Source of the DNA: Patescibacteria group bacterium
GTDB taxonomy: Bacteria > Patescibacteriota > WWE3 > 9FT-COMBO-53-11
Length of the DNA: 32,630 nucleotides
NCBI GenBank assembly: GCA_035291485.1
Contig: DATDSA010000013.1
Location: forward strand, 1-32,630
Reading direction: 5' to 3'
How positions within the stretch are numbered: position 1 is the stretch's first letter; every line of letters begins with the position of its first letter. The notes beneath the pieces were generated by a model, which saw only the letters and a program-made list of their open reading frames with translations, had not been told where the DNA came from and searched no databases. Of the stretch, positions 22,049 through 30,000 are shown piece after piece. A program made the position numbers and the translations under genes.

Positions 22049-22468
22049 CTAGCTAGAATAAACCTGGCCCTTCTTCGGCAGACCATAGATAGCCTCGAGG
22101 ACCTTCGCAGCCTTTTCGCCTTGGGTGCGCTTCGTCTGAAGGTACTCTAGCAAACTCTCCATCTGGTTTTGGACCCCGATATCGAGCTTACGCCGCGCAC
22201 TCTTTTCGGCTTTTTCAAAGACACTAAGCCGCCAAGTCGTATAGATGTGCCACACGCCCGAGGTCCCCATCGCGGGCCGCGCGATTCCCAGGGCCACGTC
22301 GTCCAGCACCAGAAAATCGGTTAGGACCTTGGCGTCCCAACCGTTGATCAGCACCCGGCGGAGCCGCGAGTAGTAGAGCTCCGAATTAATGAGCCGGCCG
22401 GCGGCATTGACCAGGGCGATCTTGTCGTCATCCGACATTCGCTCCACGTAGCAATCATCCGTGCTCAC
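22049..22468 (-). CDS. Hypothetical protein, paralog B (139 aa from GTG 22468, or 129 aa from ATG 22438)
   Basis: Aligns with the 22650-23048 product: IALVNAAGRLINSELYYSRLRRVLINGWDAKVLTDFLVLDDVAL versus ELLMDAVGDLLRSDPYEARLRRILLKDPDPKILADFLTMDNVVL. Confidence 0.55.
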   Translation of the reverse strand: MSTDDCYVERMSDDDKIALVNAAGRLINSELYYSRLRRVLINGWDAKVLTDFLVLDDVALGIARPAMGTSGVWHIYTTWRLSVFEKAEKSARRKLDIGVQNQMESLLEYLQTKRTQGEKAAKVLEAIYGLPKKGQVYSS

Positions 22469-22584
22469 AAACTCACCTCTCCCTGCAACCGCTCTTCCCC
22501 AGAGCTTTGTGGCTCAATCGTTATCCGGTGAGAACGGATTCCGGACAACCACGCTAGCCAACAGTGCAGGTTGATTGAATTATA
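22469..22584 (-). promoter_or_regulatory. TATAAT promoter (22584-22579) plus ~105-nt structured 5' leader of paralog B
   Basis: Conserved block TGTTGGCTAGCGTGGTTG (plus-strand coordinates 22546-22563), and hairpins at 22520-22549 and 22491-22505. Homologous to the leader of paralog A. Confidence 0.4.
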
Positions 22585-22605
22585 TCGCGCAACTACGGGA
22601 TTTCA

Positions 22606-22642
22606 AGGAAAAAAGAAAAGGAGCGCGGGGGAAGTCGCGCTC
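22606..22642 (-). terminator. Intrinsic terminator of paralog A (same hairpin as 22020-22041, then CTTTTCTTTTTT)
   Basis: The stem-loop sequence is identical, offset 601 nt from the copy after paralog B. Confidence 0.6.
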
Positions 22643-22649
22643 GGTAGAA

Positions 22650-23048
22650 CTATCCTAGGTACGAACTCTTCTCGGCCTCTCTCAAGATCAAGACCACGAT
22701 GTTCGGGGTACGCCCCCACGGACAAAACGCGTGGTCGAGGAGGTAGTGGAACAACTTCTTACCTCCTTTTGTCATCTTAGCGTCCATCCTAATCTGTGTC
22801 TTCCGATAGGCCTCGGTGAAGACCCAACTGCGCCTATTAGTCAACCGGGTAGCAGCGTCGCCATCTCCGAGCAGAATCCTCGCCACCAAAACGACGTTAT
22901 CCATTGTTAGGAAATCGGCGAGGATCTTAGGGTCGGGATCTTTCAAAAGGATCCGGCGAAGCCGAGCTTCGTACGGGTCTGAACGAAGAAGATCTCCTAC
23001 AGCATCCATGAGCAGCTCTCCATGTCCCAATAGAACAGACTTTTTCAT
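22650..23048 (-). CDS. Hypothetical protein, paralog A (132 aa from ATG 23048)
   Basis: The track ORF starts at TTG 23078. GGAGGA-taag-ATG at 23048 is the convincing start. Confidence 0.55.
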   Translation of the reverse strand: MKKSVLLGHGELLMDAVGDLLRSDPYEARLRRILLKDPDPKILADFLTMDNVVLVARILLGDGDAATRLTNRRSWVFTEAYRKTQIRMDAKMTKGGKKLFHYLLDHAFCPWGRTPNIVVLILREAEKSSYLG

Positions 23049-23158
23049 CTTATCCTCCGTCACCTTGTTCTTCCCCAAGGCATCGGCTCATCTTGTCGTC
23101 CCGATTTTGGATTTGGGGCAACCACCCTAGCCAACAAGGAGGACTTGCAATAATTATA
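23049..23158 (-). promoter_or_regulatory. TAGTATAAT promoter (-10 at 23158-23153) plus ~100-nt structured 5' leader of paralog A
   Basis: Conserved block TGTTGGCTAGGGTGGTTG (plus-strand coordinates 23119-23136), and hairpins at 23095-23122 and 23063-23080. Confidence 0.4.
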
Positions 23159-23182
23159 CTATAGGATTACAGATTTAGGAAG

Positions 23183-23449
23183 TTAATCCTCATGGACACC
23201 AAGAATATGTTTAGCACCGTGAACCACTAGCGCGTTGATCTGTTCTTCCAAGGTAACGCCGTTTTTCTTAGCCAGTTTGCGGGCTTCGGATTTGCAGATC
23301 AGGATCTCGCCCAGGAGCATCCCGTCCTTCGTCTTATCGTAATAGGGAAAAGAAAGCACGGCCGGCGTGTAGGACTTGCCCCGCATCTCTTGGTTTATTT
23401 TTTGGATTTTTTTAGGAGAAACAAAGGAAACAGTAATTTTAACCTCCAT
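23183..23449 (-). CDS. ybeY: Minimal YbeY-like endoribonuclease (88 aa)
   Basis: PAVLSFPY and the C-terminal metal motif HGAKHILGVHED (HGxxHxxGxxH). It lacks about 40 N-terminal and about 30 C-terminal residues relative to E. coli YbeY. Confidence 0.7.
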   Translation of the reverse strand: MEVKITVSFVSPKKIQKINQEMRGKSYTPAVLSFPYYDKTKDGMLLGEILICKSEARKLAKKNGVTLEEQINALVVHGAKHILGVHED

Positions 23450-23460
23450 AATTAATTGTT

Positions 23461-23481
23461 ATAGTATATATCATATACTAT
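23461..23481. repeat. 21-bp palindrome ATAGTATAT-ATC-ATATACTAT (copy 2, exact reverse complement of 6187-6207)
   Basis: Read directly. Lies 12 nt upstream of the ybeY ATG, which has no SD. Confidence 0.85.
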
Positions 23482-23507
23482 TACGCAAGCACGACGGGCG
23501 GAATGGA

Positions 23508-23963
23508 TTAGACACCGAGGACTTCTCCTACGATCCGGCTCACAACCGACCCGTCGGCCTGGCCCTGGACCTTGGGCATCAGTAGTCCCATCACCTTGCC
23601 CATATCGGTGATCCCGGCCGCACCGGATTCCTGAACCGCCACCCGCGCCAACTCCCGGATCTGGTCCTCACCCATCTGCGCAGGAAGATATCCTCGGATC
23701 ATCTCTAGCTCGTTCCGCTCCTTGCCGACCAGGTCATCCCGTCCACCCTTTTGATAAGCGTCGATCGACTCCACCCGCTGTTTCGCCTGCTTCTGCAGGA
23801 CCGCCACCAGCTCCTCATCAGTCAGGACCGCGTCCTTGCCCTTAGCGATCTCAGCGTTGTGGATCTCCGCAAGGAGGTAGCGCATCGAGAGCGCCTTGGC
23901 GGTGTCGCCGGTTTTAAGCGCCTCGGTGAGGTCCGCTTTCATCTGGTCTAGCATTCCCATCAT
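23508..23963 (-). CDS. yqeY: GatB/YqeY-domain protein
   Basis: 151 aa. [24 protein letters not shown] ... [34 protein letters not shown]. The ATG overlaps the rpsU stop (ATGA). Confidence 0.8.
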   Translation of the reverse strand: MMGMLDQMKADLTEALKTGDTAKALSMRYLLAEIHNAEIAKGKDAVLTDEELVAVLQKQAKQRVESIDAYQKGGRDDLVGKERNELEMIRGYLPAQMGEDQIRELARVAVQESGAAGITDMGKVMGLLMPKVQGQADGSVVSRIVGEVLGV

Positions 23964-24154
23964 TCCGTCTCCTCCTTCTCATGCTCAATCATCTTTTGTT
24001 TTTGCGAGCGCTTGCGCTTCTTGATCTCGGACGGCTTCTCATAGAATTCGCGGCGGCGCATCTCCAGCATAATCCCCTCTTTCAAAACTTCGCGATTAAA
24101 ACGCCGTAGCGCCTCCTCCAACGATTCCCCCGGTTTTAGTGTGACTTTAGCCAT
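23960..24154 (-). CDS. rpsU: Ribosomal protein S21
   Basis: [49 protein letters not shown]. The track ORF starts further upstream at a non-ATG codon (24172), and ATG at 24154 matches the canonical S21 N-terminus. Confidence 0.85.
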   Translation of the reverse strand: MAKVTLKPGESLEEALRRFNREVLKEGIMLEMRRREFYEKPSEIKKRKRSQKQKMIEHEKEETE

Positions 24155-24156
24155 GA

Positions 24157-24237
24157 CAGTTTCAGGTTTCAAGTTTCAGGTAACAAGTTGGACGAGTGCC
24201 CCATGTTACTTGTTACGTGTCCCTTGTTACTTAACAA
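24157..24237. repeat. Two heptamer arrays (A[AG]GTTTC x3-5 at 24157-24191; [AT]TGTTAC-type x5 at 24203-24237) forming a 9-bp inverted repeat GTAACAAGT/ACTTGTTAC
   Basis: Read directly in the HIT-rpsU intercistronic region. Stem arms at 24180-24188 and 24208-24216. Confidence 0.6.
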
Positions 24238-24246
24238 ACACCTCCT

Positions 24247-24627
24247 TTATACGTGCCGAACTTCCGTCGGCGACTTCCAACCTCCAATTAGATGAATGTG
24301 CAGGTGATCCACGGTCTGCCCGGCCCCGGGACCGGCGTTGGTGACCAGCTTGTATCCGTCCAGAACCCCGGCCTCCTCCGCCAGCTGGCGCGAGAGGGCG
24401 AACACCCGTCCTAGGACATCAGCCCGCCGCTCCAGGTCCCCACCCTGGATCTCCAGGTGTTCCTTCGGAACGATCAGCAGGTGGACGGGGGCCGAGGGAT
24501 GAATATCCTTGAAAACGGCGAAGACCTCGTCCTCATACACAAACTCCGCCGGAACCTCCTTGCGGACAATTTTGCAAAAAATGCAATCCAAATCTTTTTT
24601 CATTGTTTCCTCGCTCTTTTTAAGCAT
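24247..24627 (-). CDS. HIT-family (histidine triad) nucleotide hydrolase
   Basis: 126 aa. CIFCKIV and the histidine triad HLHIHLIGG. Confidence 0.85.
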   Translation of the reverse strand: MLKKSEETMKKDLDCIFCKIVRKEVPAEFVYEDEVFAVFKDIHPSAPVHLLIVPKEHLEIQGGDLERRADVLGRVFALSRQLAEEAGVLDGYKLVTNAGPGAGQTVDHLHIHLIGGWKSPTEVRHV

Positions 24628-25873
24628 ACTTCTCCTTTATTTTATCAGCCAGCTTCCCCACCGGCACCACCTCGGCCTTTCCATCCGCGCGGCTTGAGAC
24701 TTCCACCCCGCCTGCTTCCAGACTCTTCTTGGAAACGAGGACCCGCACCGGCACGCCGATCAGATCGGCGTCGTGCAGCTTAACCCCGGCCGGTTCGCTG
24801 CGGTCGTCGTAGAGGGTTTCCAAACCGGATTTTTCCATCGCCTCGTAGAGCGTTTCGGCGACGCCCTCTCCCCCGTCCAACGAAACGAGGTGCACATCGA
24901 AGGGAGTGAGCTCCTTCGGCCAGATGATGCCGCGCTCGTCGTGGCCGGCCTTGCTCTCGATCGCCGCCGCCATGATCCGCGCCAGACCTATCCCGTAGCA
25001 GCCCATCACCAGCGGGTGGCGGGAGCCGTCGGCGCCCACGAAGAAGGCTTTCATCTTTTCGGAATAGACCGTTCCGAGCTTGAAGACGTGAGCCATCTCG
25101 ATCGCTGCGGTGGTGAAAATAGTCTGACCGCAATTTGGACAACTTTTTAGTTCACCTGACTTTTGCAAATTGGAAGCAAAGTCGCAGTGTTCGCAGTAAA
25201 CGGCCTTATCCTCTCCCGCTTCCGCCGGCAACATGAACTCGTGCGATTCGGAACCACCGATCGTTCCCGAGTGCGCCGAAACGACCAAGACCTTGAGCCC
25301 GCAGCGGAAGAAGATCCGCTCGTAGGCCTTGAGAACTTCCAAGTAGTAGCGATCGAGGTCTTCTTCATCAGCGTGGAACGAATAGAGGTCCTTCATCAGA
25401 AACTCGCGAGTTCGCAGGACTCCCCCGGTCGGCCGCATCTCGTTGCGGAATTTGTTCTGGATCTGGAAAACCGCTAACGGCAAGTCCTTGTAGGAGGAGA
25501 TGAAACGGCGGGCCAGGTCGGTCACGATCTCTTCGTGGGTGGGACCCAGCGCCAGCTCGCGGTCGCGTCGGTCCTTGAATTTGAAGAGAGGCGGGTCGAT
25601 CTCCCCCGGCCCTTCCCAGCGCCCGGACTCCAGCCACTGCTCCTTTTTCTGGAGGGTAGGCATCAGGATCTCCTGTCCGCCGATCCCCTCCATCTCCTCC
25701 CGGATCACCTCTTCGATTTTACGCATCACCCGCCAACCCAAGGGCAAAAAAGTGTAGACGCCAGCCATCAGCGGATCGACGTAGCCAGCCTTCAACAAAA
25801 GCCGATGGGAAAGCGCCTCCGCTTCCTTCGGAACCTCCCGCAGGCTTCTCCCGATAAACTTTGAGTATCTCAT
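24620..25873 (-). CDS. proS: Prolyl-tRNA synthetase, short form without the INS editing domain
   Basis: 417 aa. Motif 2 FRNEMRPTGGVLRTREFLMKDLYSF, CxxC...CxxC (residues 227-248) where the INS domain normally sits, and a C-terminal anticodon-binding domain. Confidence 0.9.
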   Translation of the reverse strand: MRYSKFIGRSLREVPKEAEALSHRLLLKAGYVDPLMAGVYTFLPLGWRVMRKIEEVIREEMEGIGGQEILMPTLQKKEQWLESGRWEGPGEIDPPLFKFKDRRDRELALGPTHEEIVTDLARRFISSYKDLPLAVFQIQNKFRNEMRPTGGVLRTREFLMKDLYSFHADEEDLDRYYLEVLKAYERIFFRCGLKVLVVSAHSGTIGGSESHEFMLPAEAGEDKAVYCEHCDFASNLQKSGELKSCPNCGQTIFTTAAIEMAHVFKLGTVYSEKMKAFFVGADGSRHPLVMGCYGIGLARIMAAAIESKAGHDERGIIWPKELTPFDVHLVSLDGGEGVAETLYEAMEKSGLETLYDDRSEPAGVKLHDADLIGVPVRVLVSKKSLEAGGVEVSSRADGKAEVVPVGKLADKIKEKYA

Positions 25874-27045
25874 CAGAAAAAGGTTACCATAATGGGGTGG
25901 TAAATAAGAAAATTATCATTGCGGGAGCAGCTGTTCTGATTGCCCTAACCGCCTATCTCTTTTATTTCCAAACCACCCACACCTCTCTCCTGGAAATCCT
26001 GAACTTTCTCAATCCGCCTTCGAGCGAACCGCGGGGACTGATCGCCCAGGAACAGCTGGAACTCGTTGAACAGGAAATCACCGTTAACGGCCTCAAAAGA
26101 ACCCTGAAGATCCCGGCGGGATACAAAATCGAAGTCTTCGCCGACGGTCTCACCCGCCCGCGGCTGTTGGCTTTTGAACCGGAAAGCGGCGACCTCTACC
26201 TTACCGAAACCGGCACCGGCAAGGTCTGGAACGTCACTAAGCGGGAAGTGGTTGTCCAGGGAATCAAGAACGTCCACGGGATCGCTTTTTTCGAGGGTGA
26301 CCTCTATATCGCCTCCACCACCAGCATCTTCCGGTACCGAAACGAGGATCTGGAAACGCTAGTCAGCGACCTCCCCAGCGGCGGCCACTACACCGCCACC
26401 ATCGCCTTCGGCCCGGATGGCAAGCTGTATGTTTCGCGAGGATCTTCCTGCAACGCCTGTGAGAACGAAATTCGCCGGGCGGCCATCCTGCGGTTTGACA
26501 AGGATGGACAGAACGAAGAGATTTTCGCTTCGGGATTGAGGAACGATGTCGGGATGGCATTCCATCCCCGCACCGGCCAACTCTGGACGACCGAAAACGG
26601 CCGGGACCGCCTCGGCGACAACCTGCCGCCCGAGGAAATTAACATCATCAAGGAGGGAAAGAACTACGGCTGGCCCTACTGCTACAGCCGGAACGTTCCC
26701 GACCCGGATTTCGGCAGCGCCGCGGTCTGCGCCGACAAAGAACCGCCCTATATCGAGATGCAGGCCCACTCCGCCCCGCTCGGGATGCGCTTCGACCAAG
26801 GCGCCAAGAATCTCTACATCGCCTTCCACGGTTCCTGGAACCGGAGCGTTCCGACCGGATACAAGGTGGTGCGAATTTCAAACCCGACGGGCAATGAACC
26901 CAAAATCGCCGACTACATCAGCGGTTGGTTGGTGGGTACTAAGGCCTGGGGCCGGCCGGTGGACGTCATCTTCGACGGAGACGGAAACATGTTCATCTCC
27001 GACGACGCGGCGGGGGTTATCTACAAACTCTCAAAGATTAATTGA
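25861..27045 (+). CDS. PQQ-dependent glucose/sorbosone dehydrogenase-like beta-propeller, membrane-anchored or secreted
   Basis: NYGWPYCY, repeated propeller-blade patterns, and an N-terminal KK plus hydrophobic anchor. The real start is probably GTG at 25897 (MVNKKIIIAGAAVLIAL) rather than TTG at 25861, which would overlap the proS start. Confidence 0.75.
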   Translation: MSISSEKGYHNGVVNKKIIIAGAAVLIALTAYLFYFQTTHTSLLEILNFLNPPSSEPRGLIAQEQLELVEQEITVNGLKRTLKIPAGYKIEVFADGLTRPRLLAFEPESGDLYLTETGTGKVWNVTKREVVVQGIKNVHGIAFFEGDLYIASTTSIFRYRNEDLETLVSDLPSGGHYTATIAFGPDGKLYVSRGSSCNACENEIRRAAILRFDKDGQNEEIFASGLRNDVGMAFHPRTGQLWTTENGRDRLGDNLPPEEINIIKEGKNYGWPYCYSRNVPDPDFGSAAVCADKEPPYIEMQAHSAPLGMRFDQGAKNLYIAFHGSWNRSVPTGYKVVRISNPTGNEPKIADYISGWLVGTKAWGRPVDVIFDGDGNMFISDDAAGVIYKLSKIN

Positions 27046-30000
27046 TCACCCAGTAGCTGACTTTGAGGTCGGTTTCGAGCGGTTCGCGGAGTTTGATTTC
27101 AAAGCCCTCCCCTTCCTTAATCGCCACTCCCAACGATAGCGGTTCCTCCGGAGTAACAAACACCTTTGAATCGAGCGTAATTTCCTGATATTCCACCAAA
27201 AAGACCGTTTCCCCGGCCGGAATCGTTACCACCCCCACCGCCGGCGAGGAGACTTTTACTTTGCCGGCTTCAATCACGTCGGTCTTGATGAAACGGGCGG
27301 TCAGATTATCGATGAACGCTTGGGCAATCTCGGCCGTTTTGGCGGTGATCTTTTCGAAGATGGCCTCGACCGCAACGGTCAGCCGTTGGAAAATTCCCTC
27401 TTCGGCTTCAATCTGGGGAGGAATAATCTTTTGAGTGATTGGTTGTTCGGTGGTCTGGTTTTCTGGTTCGCTGGTTTCCGTTTCGTTACTGCCGTCACTA
27501 ACGTTACTTGTGTCACTTTCGTTACTGTCTTCTACTACCTCCGCCGCATCTCCTTCATCGTCAACCACCACCCCCGGATCCGCCCAGGAAACAGCCAAGA
27601 AAGCATCAATCTTCCCAACTCCTGATCCCGGATCCCAGCTCTCCAGCGCCTTCGCCACCGCAAAGCCTGGCTGAGTGAGCTTCTGGGCCATTCCGGGGTA
27701 GGTTCCCGAAGATGTGAGGAGATCACCGGCTTGAATGGCGACAGAATCCGGAGCGATCTTGACCGGAACTCTCCCTGCCAATCCCACTAGTCGCCGGTCT
27801 TCCCTTGGGATTCCCAGCTCCAACCCGGCCCGGGTGGAGATGATTCCGATCATTTTCGGATCGGAGGTGGGAGTAGCTTTCTGGATCTTGGGGATCCCGG
27901 CATCGTCCTTGGTGCCGGCGATCGAAACCACGTCCCCCGCTTCGATCGAGTTGTCGTCGATCGGATACCACTCCGCCAAGTCCGCTCCGAATACGATCGC
28001 TTCCAATCTCACGTTCTGGGTTTCTCCAGTGTAGTTGTAGAGACGGACGTTTTCGGTATCCACCTGGACGGTCTTGTATCCGGTTTGGTAGCTGAAGTTG
28101 ACATTATAGAGAGTTGGGCGGAAAACGGTGTTGGTCGTGGTAAGGACCACCCGGTATTGGGTGTAGTCGTTGGGGGTAGAGGTAATGGACGACCCTTTCT
28201 CATCCGCCATCAGCCTTTCCGCGACGACGTTGTCGAGGTAGATCGTGTTCGAGCTGGTGGTGAGGTTGGTGATTCTAAGTTGAGTGACCGCATCCCGCGA
28301 ATCCCAGGGAACATCGGTGATGTCCCAGTAGACCTTCTGCCAGGTATCGGTGGCATCGATCGTGACCTCCTCCGTGTTTTCGGTGGCGGCAGATTCTCCG
28401 AACCCGAACCGGACCGTGTTTCCAGGTTGACTAGTCCGAACCCAGAAAGTAATGTAATCGTAATCCGAGATATCTTTGGCCGGAGAGAGGGCGCTGGTCA
28501 GCTCAGCGTATCCTCCGCTGGTAGAAGAAGTTAATTTGGTCAGATTACCGACCGTGCTCTCATCTTCGTCCTCAAAGTAGTTCACGTTCCGGGTGACGTC
28601 CCCATCGGCAACGGTCATGTTGGTCCCGGTCCAGTCGGTGTGGGTGTCCATGGATTGCAGCACCGTCCGGTTGACGTCGGTCATCGCCGGGCTCCAATCC
28701 TCCCAGGTTCCATCGGTCGAGTTGTTGCTTTTTCCCGTTCTCGTCTGGACTTGCACCATCCCATAGGTATTCAAATCCGCCAACCAGGTGAGGGGAGTGT
28801 AGCCGACGGCGTTGGGAGTGGCGAGCTCATCGGAGATAAAGAGGGAATACGGGTAATTGGGCGCGTAAGCGTTATTGTTGACCGGTGAAGTTGATCCGGA
28901 GAAAGAGGTAGAGTAGCGAGTGGCAATTCTTCCTGAACCGCCGGTCCCGCCGGTGTAACTGCTCCCCGATCCTCCCGCAGCTCCGATCGCGGTCGTTAAA
29001 GAAGCACCGGTATTAATTGTGTTGGCAGCCAAATATACAGACCCACCGGATCCTCCCCCGCCTCCTCCTCGGGTAGCTCCGCTCCCCCCACCTCCAGCTG
29101 ACCCGTTCGAGCTTAATGACCCGGAAACGGTAATGCTGTTAGCCGCGATGTAAGTGATCCCTCCCCCTGTTCCTCCGGTGCCCGATGTCATTCCCGACGC
29201 CGCCGATCCGCCTCCGCCCCCCGTTCCCATGAATAGTTTGGAAAGATCGGCGGTGCCGTAAGTACCCCCACCCCCACCGCCGCCGTTAAAGTTAGCAGAA
29301 AGACCGCCATTTCCGGATTGATTAGTTCCTCCGCTCGCTCCTGCTGGTGTTCCTCCTCCCCCCGCTCCCGCCGTTCCGTAACCCCCACCTCCTCCAGTAC
29401 CTTGGTCAAACTCCCCACCCCCACCGGAACCTCCGGACGTAGCGGAACCTAGGCCATTACTTCCTCCCCCTCCTCCGCAAAAGCCATTTCCTCCGGTGCC
29501 GGTATTAATAGATCCCGCCCCCGCCGCGCCGTTGCCGCTGTTGGGAACGCCTCCCAATCCGCAAAACGCCTCTCCTCCGTAACCTCCCGAGTTGGTTGTC
29601 GCCTGCCCTCCCCGATAGCCGAGGGCATTAGTGCTAACCGTGCCGTTAACGGCAACGGCACCGGTAGCTCGGAAGAACATCATCCCGTTTTTGGTTCCAT
29701 TCCAAGCAGAAGAAGTGAGGTTGATGCTGGAATTGACCGTAACGTTGGTGTAGTTCGGTACCCGTTGAAACATTACGCGCTGGTTGCCTGTGCCGGTACC
29801 AATATTAGTATCGTCAGTCGCGTTATTGCCGTAGTAATTGACCTTCGATTTGGTAAAAGTGATTATGTTGGCATTAATGTTTGAGATTCTTAGGGTTTCA
29901 AAATTGCCGGTGTTAGCAAAGGCGCTGACAGTACCTTGCAGATTAATTAGAAGAACTTCGTCTCCTACCGCGAGGCAGCCGGCGGAAGGAGTGGAAGAAA

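Noticed and set aside
26546-27139. 197-aa plus-strand ORF in an alternative frame of the dehydrogenase gene, plus many 60-150-aa ORFs inside the giant gene (for example 28085-28534 and 30170-30496)
   Set aside because: These are alternative-frame or antisense products of long genes with strong protein-like signal. The antisense of glycine-codon runs gives Pro/Ser/Thr-rich artefacts.
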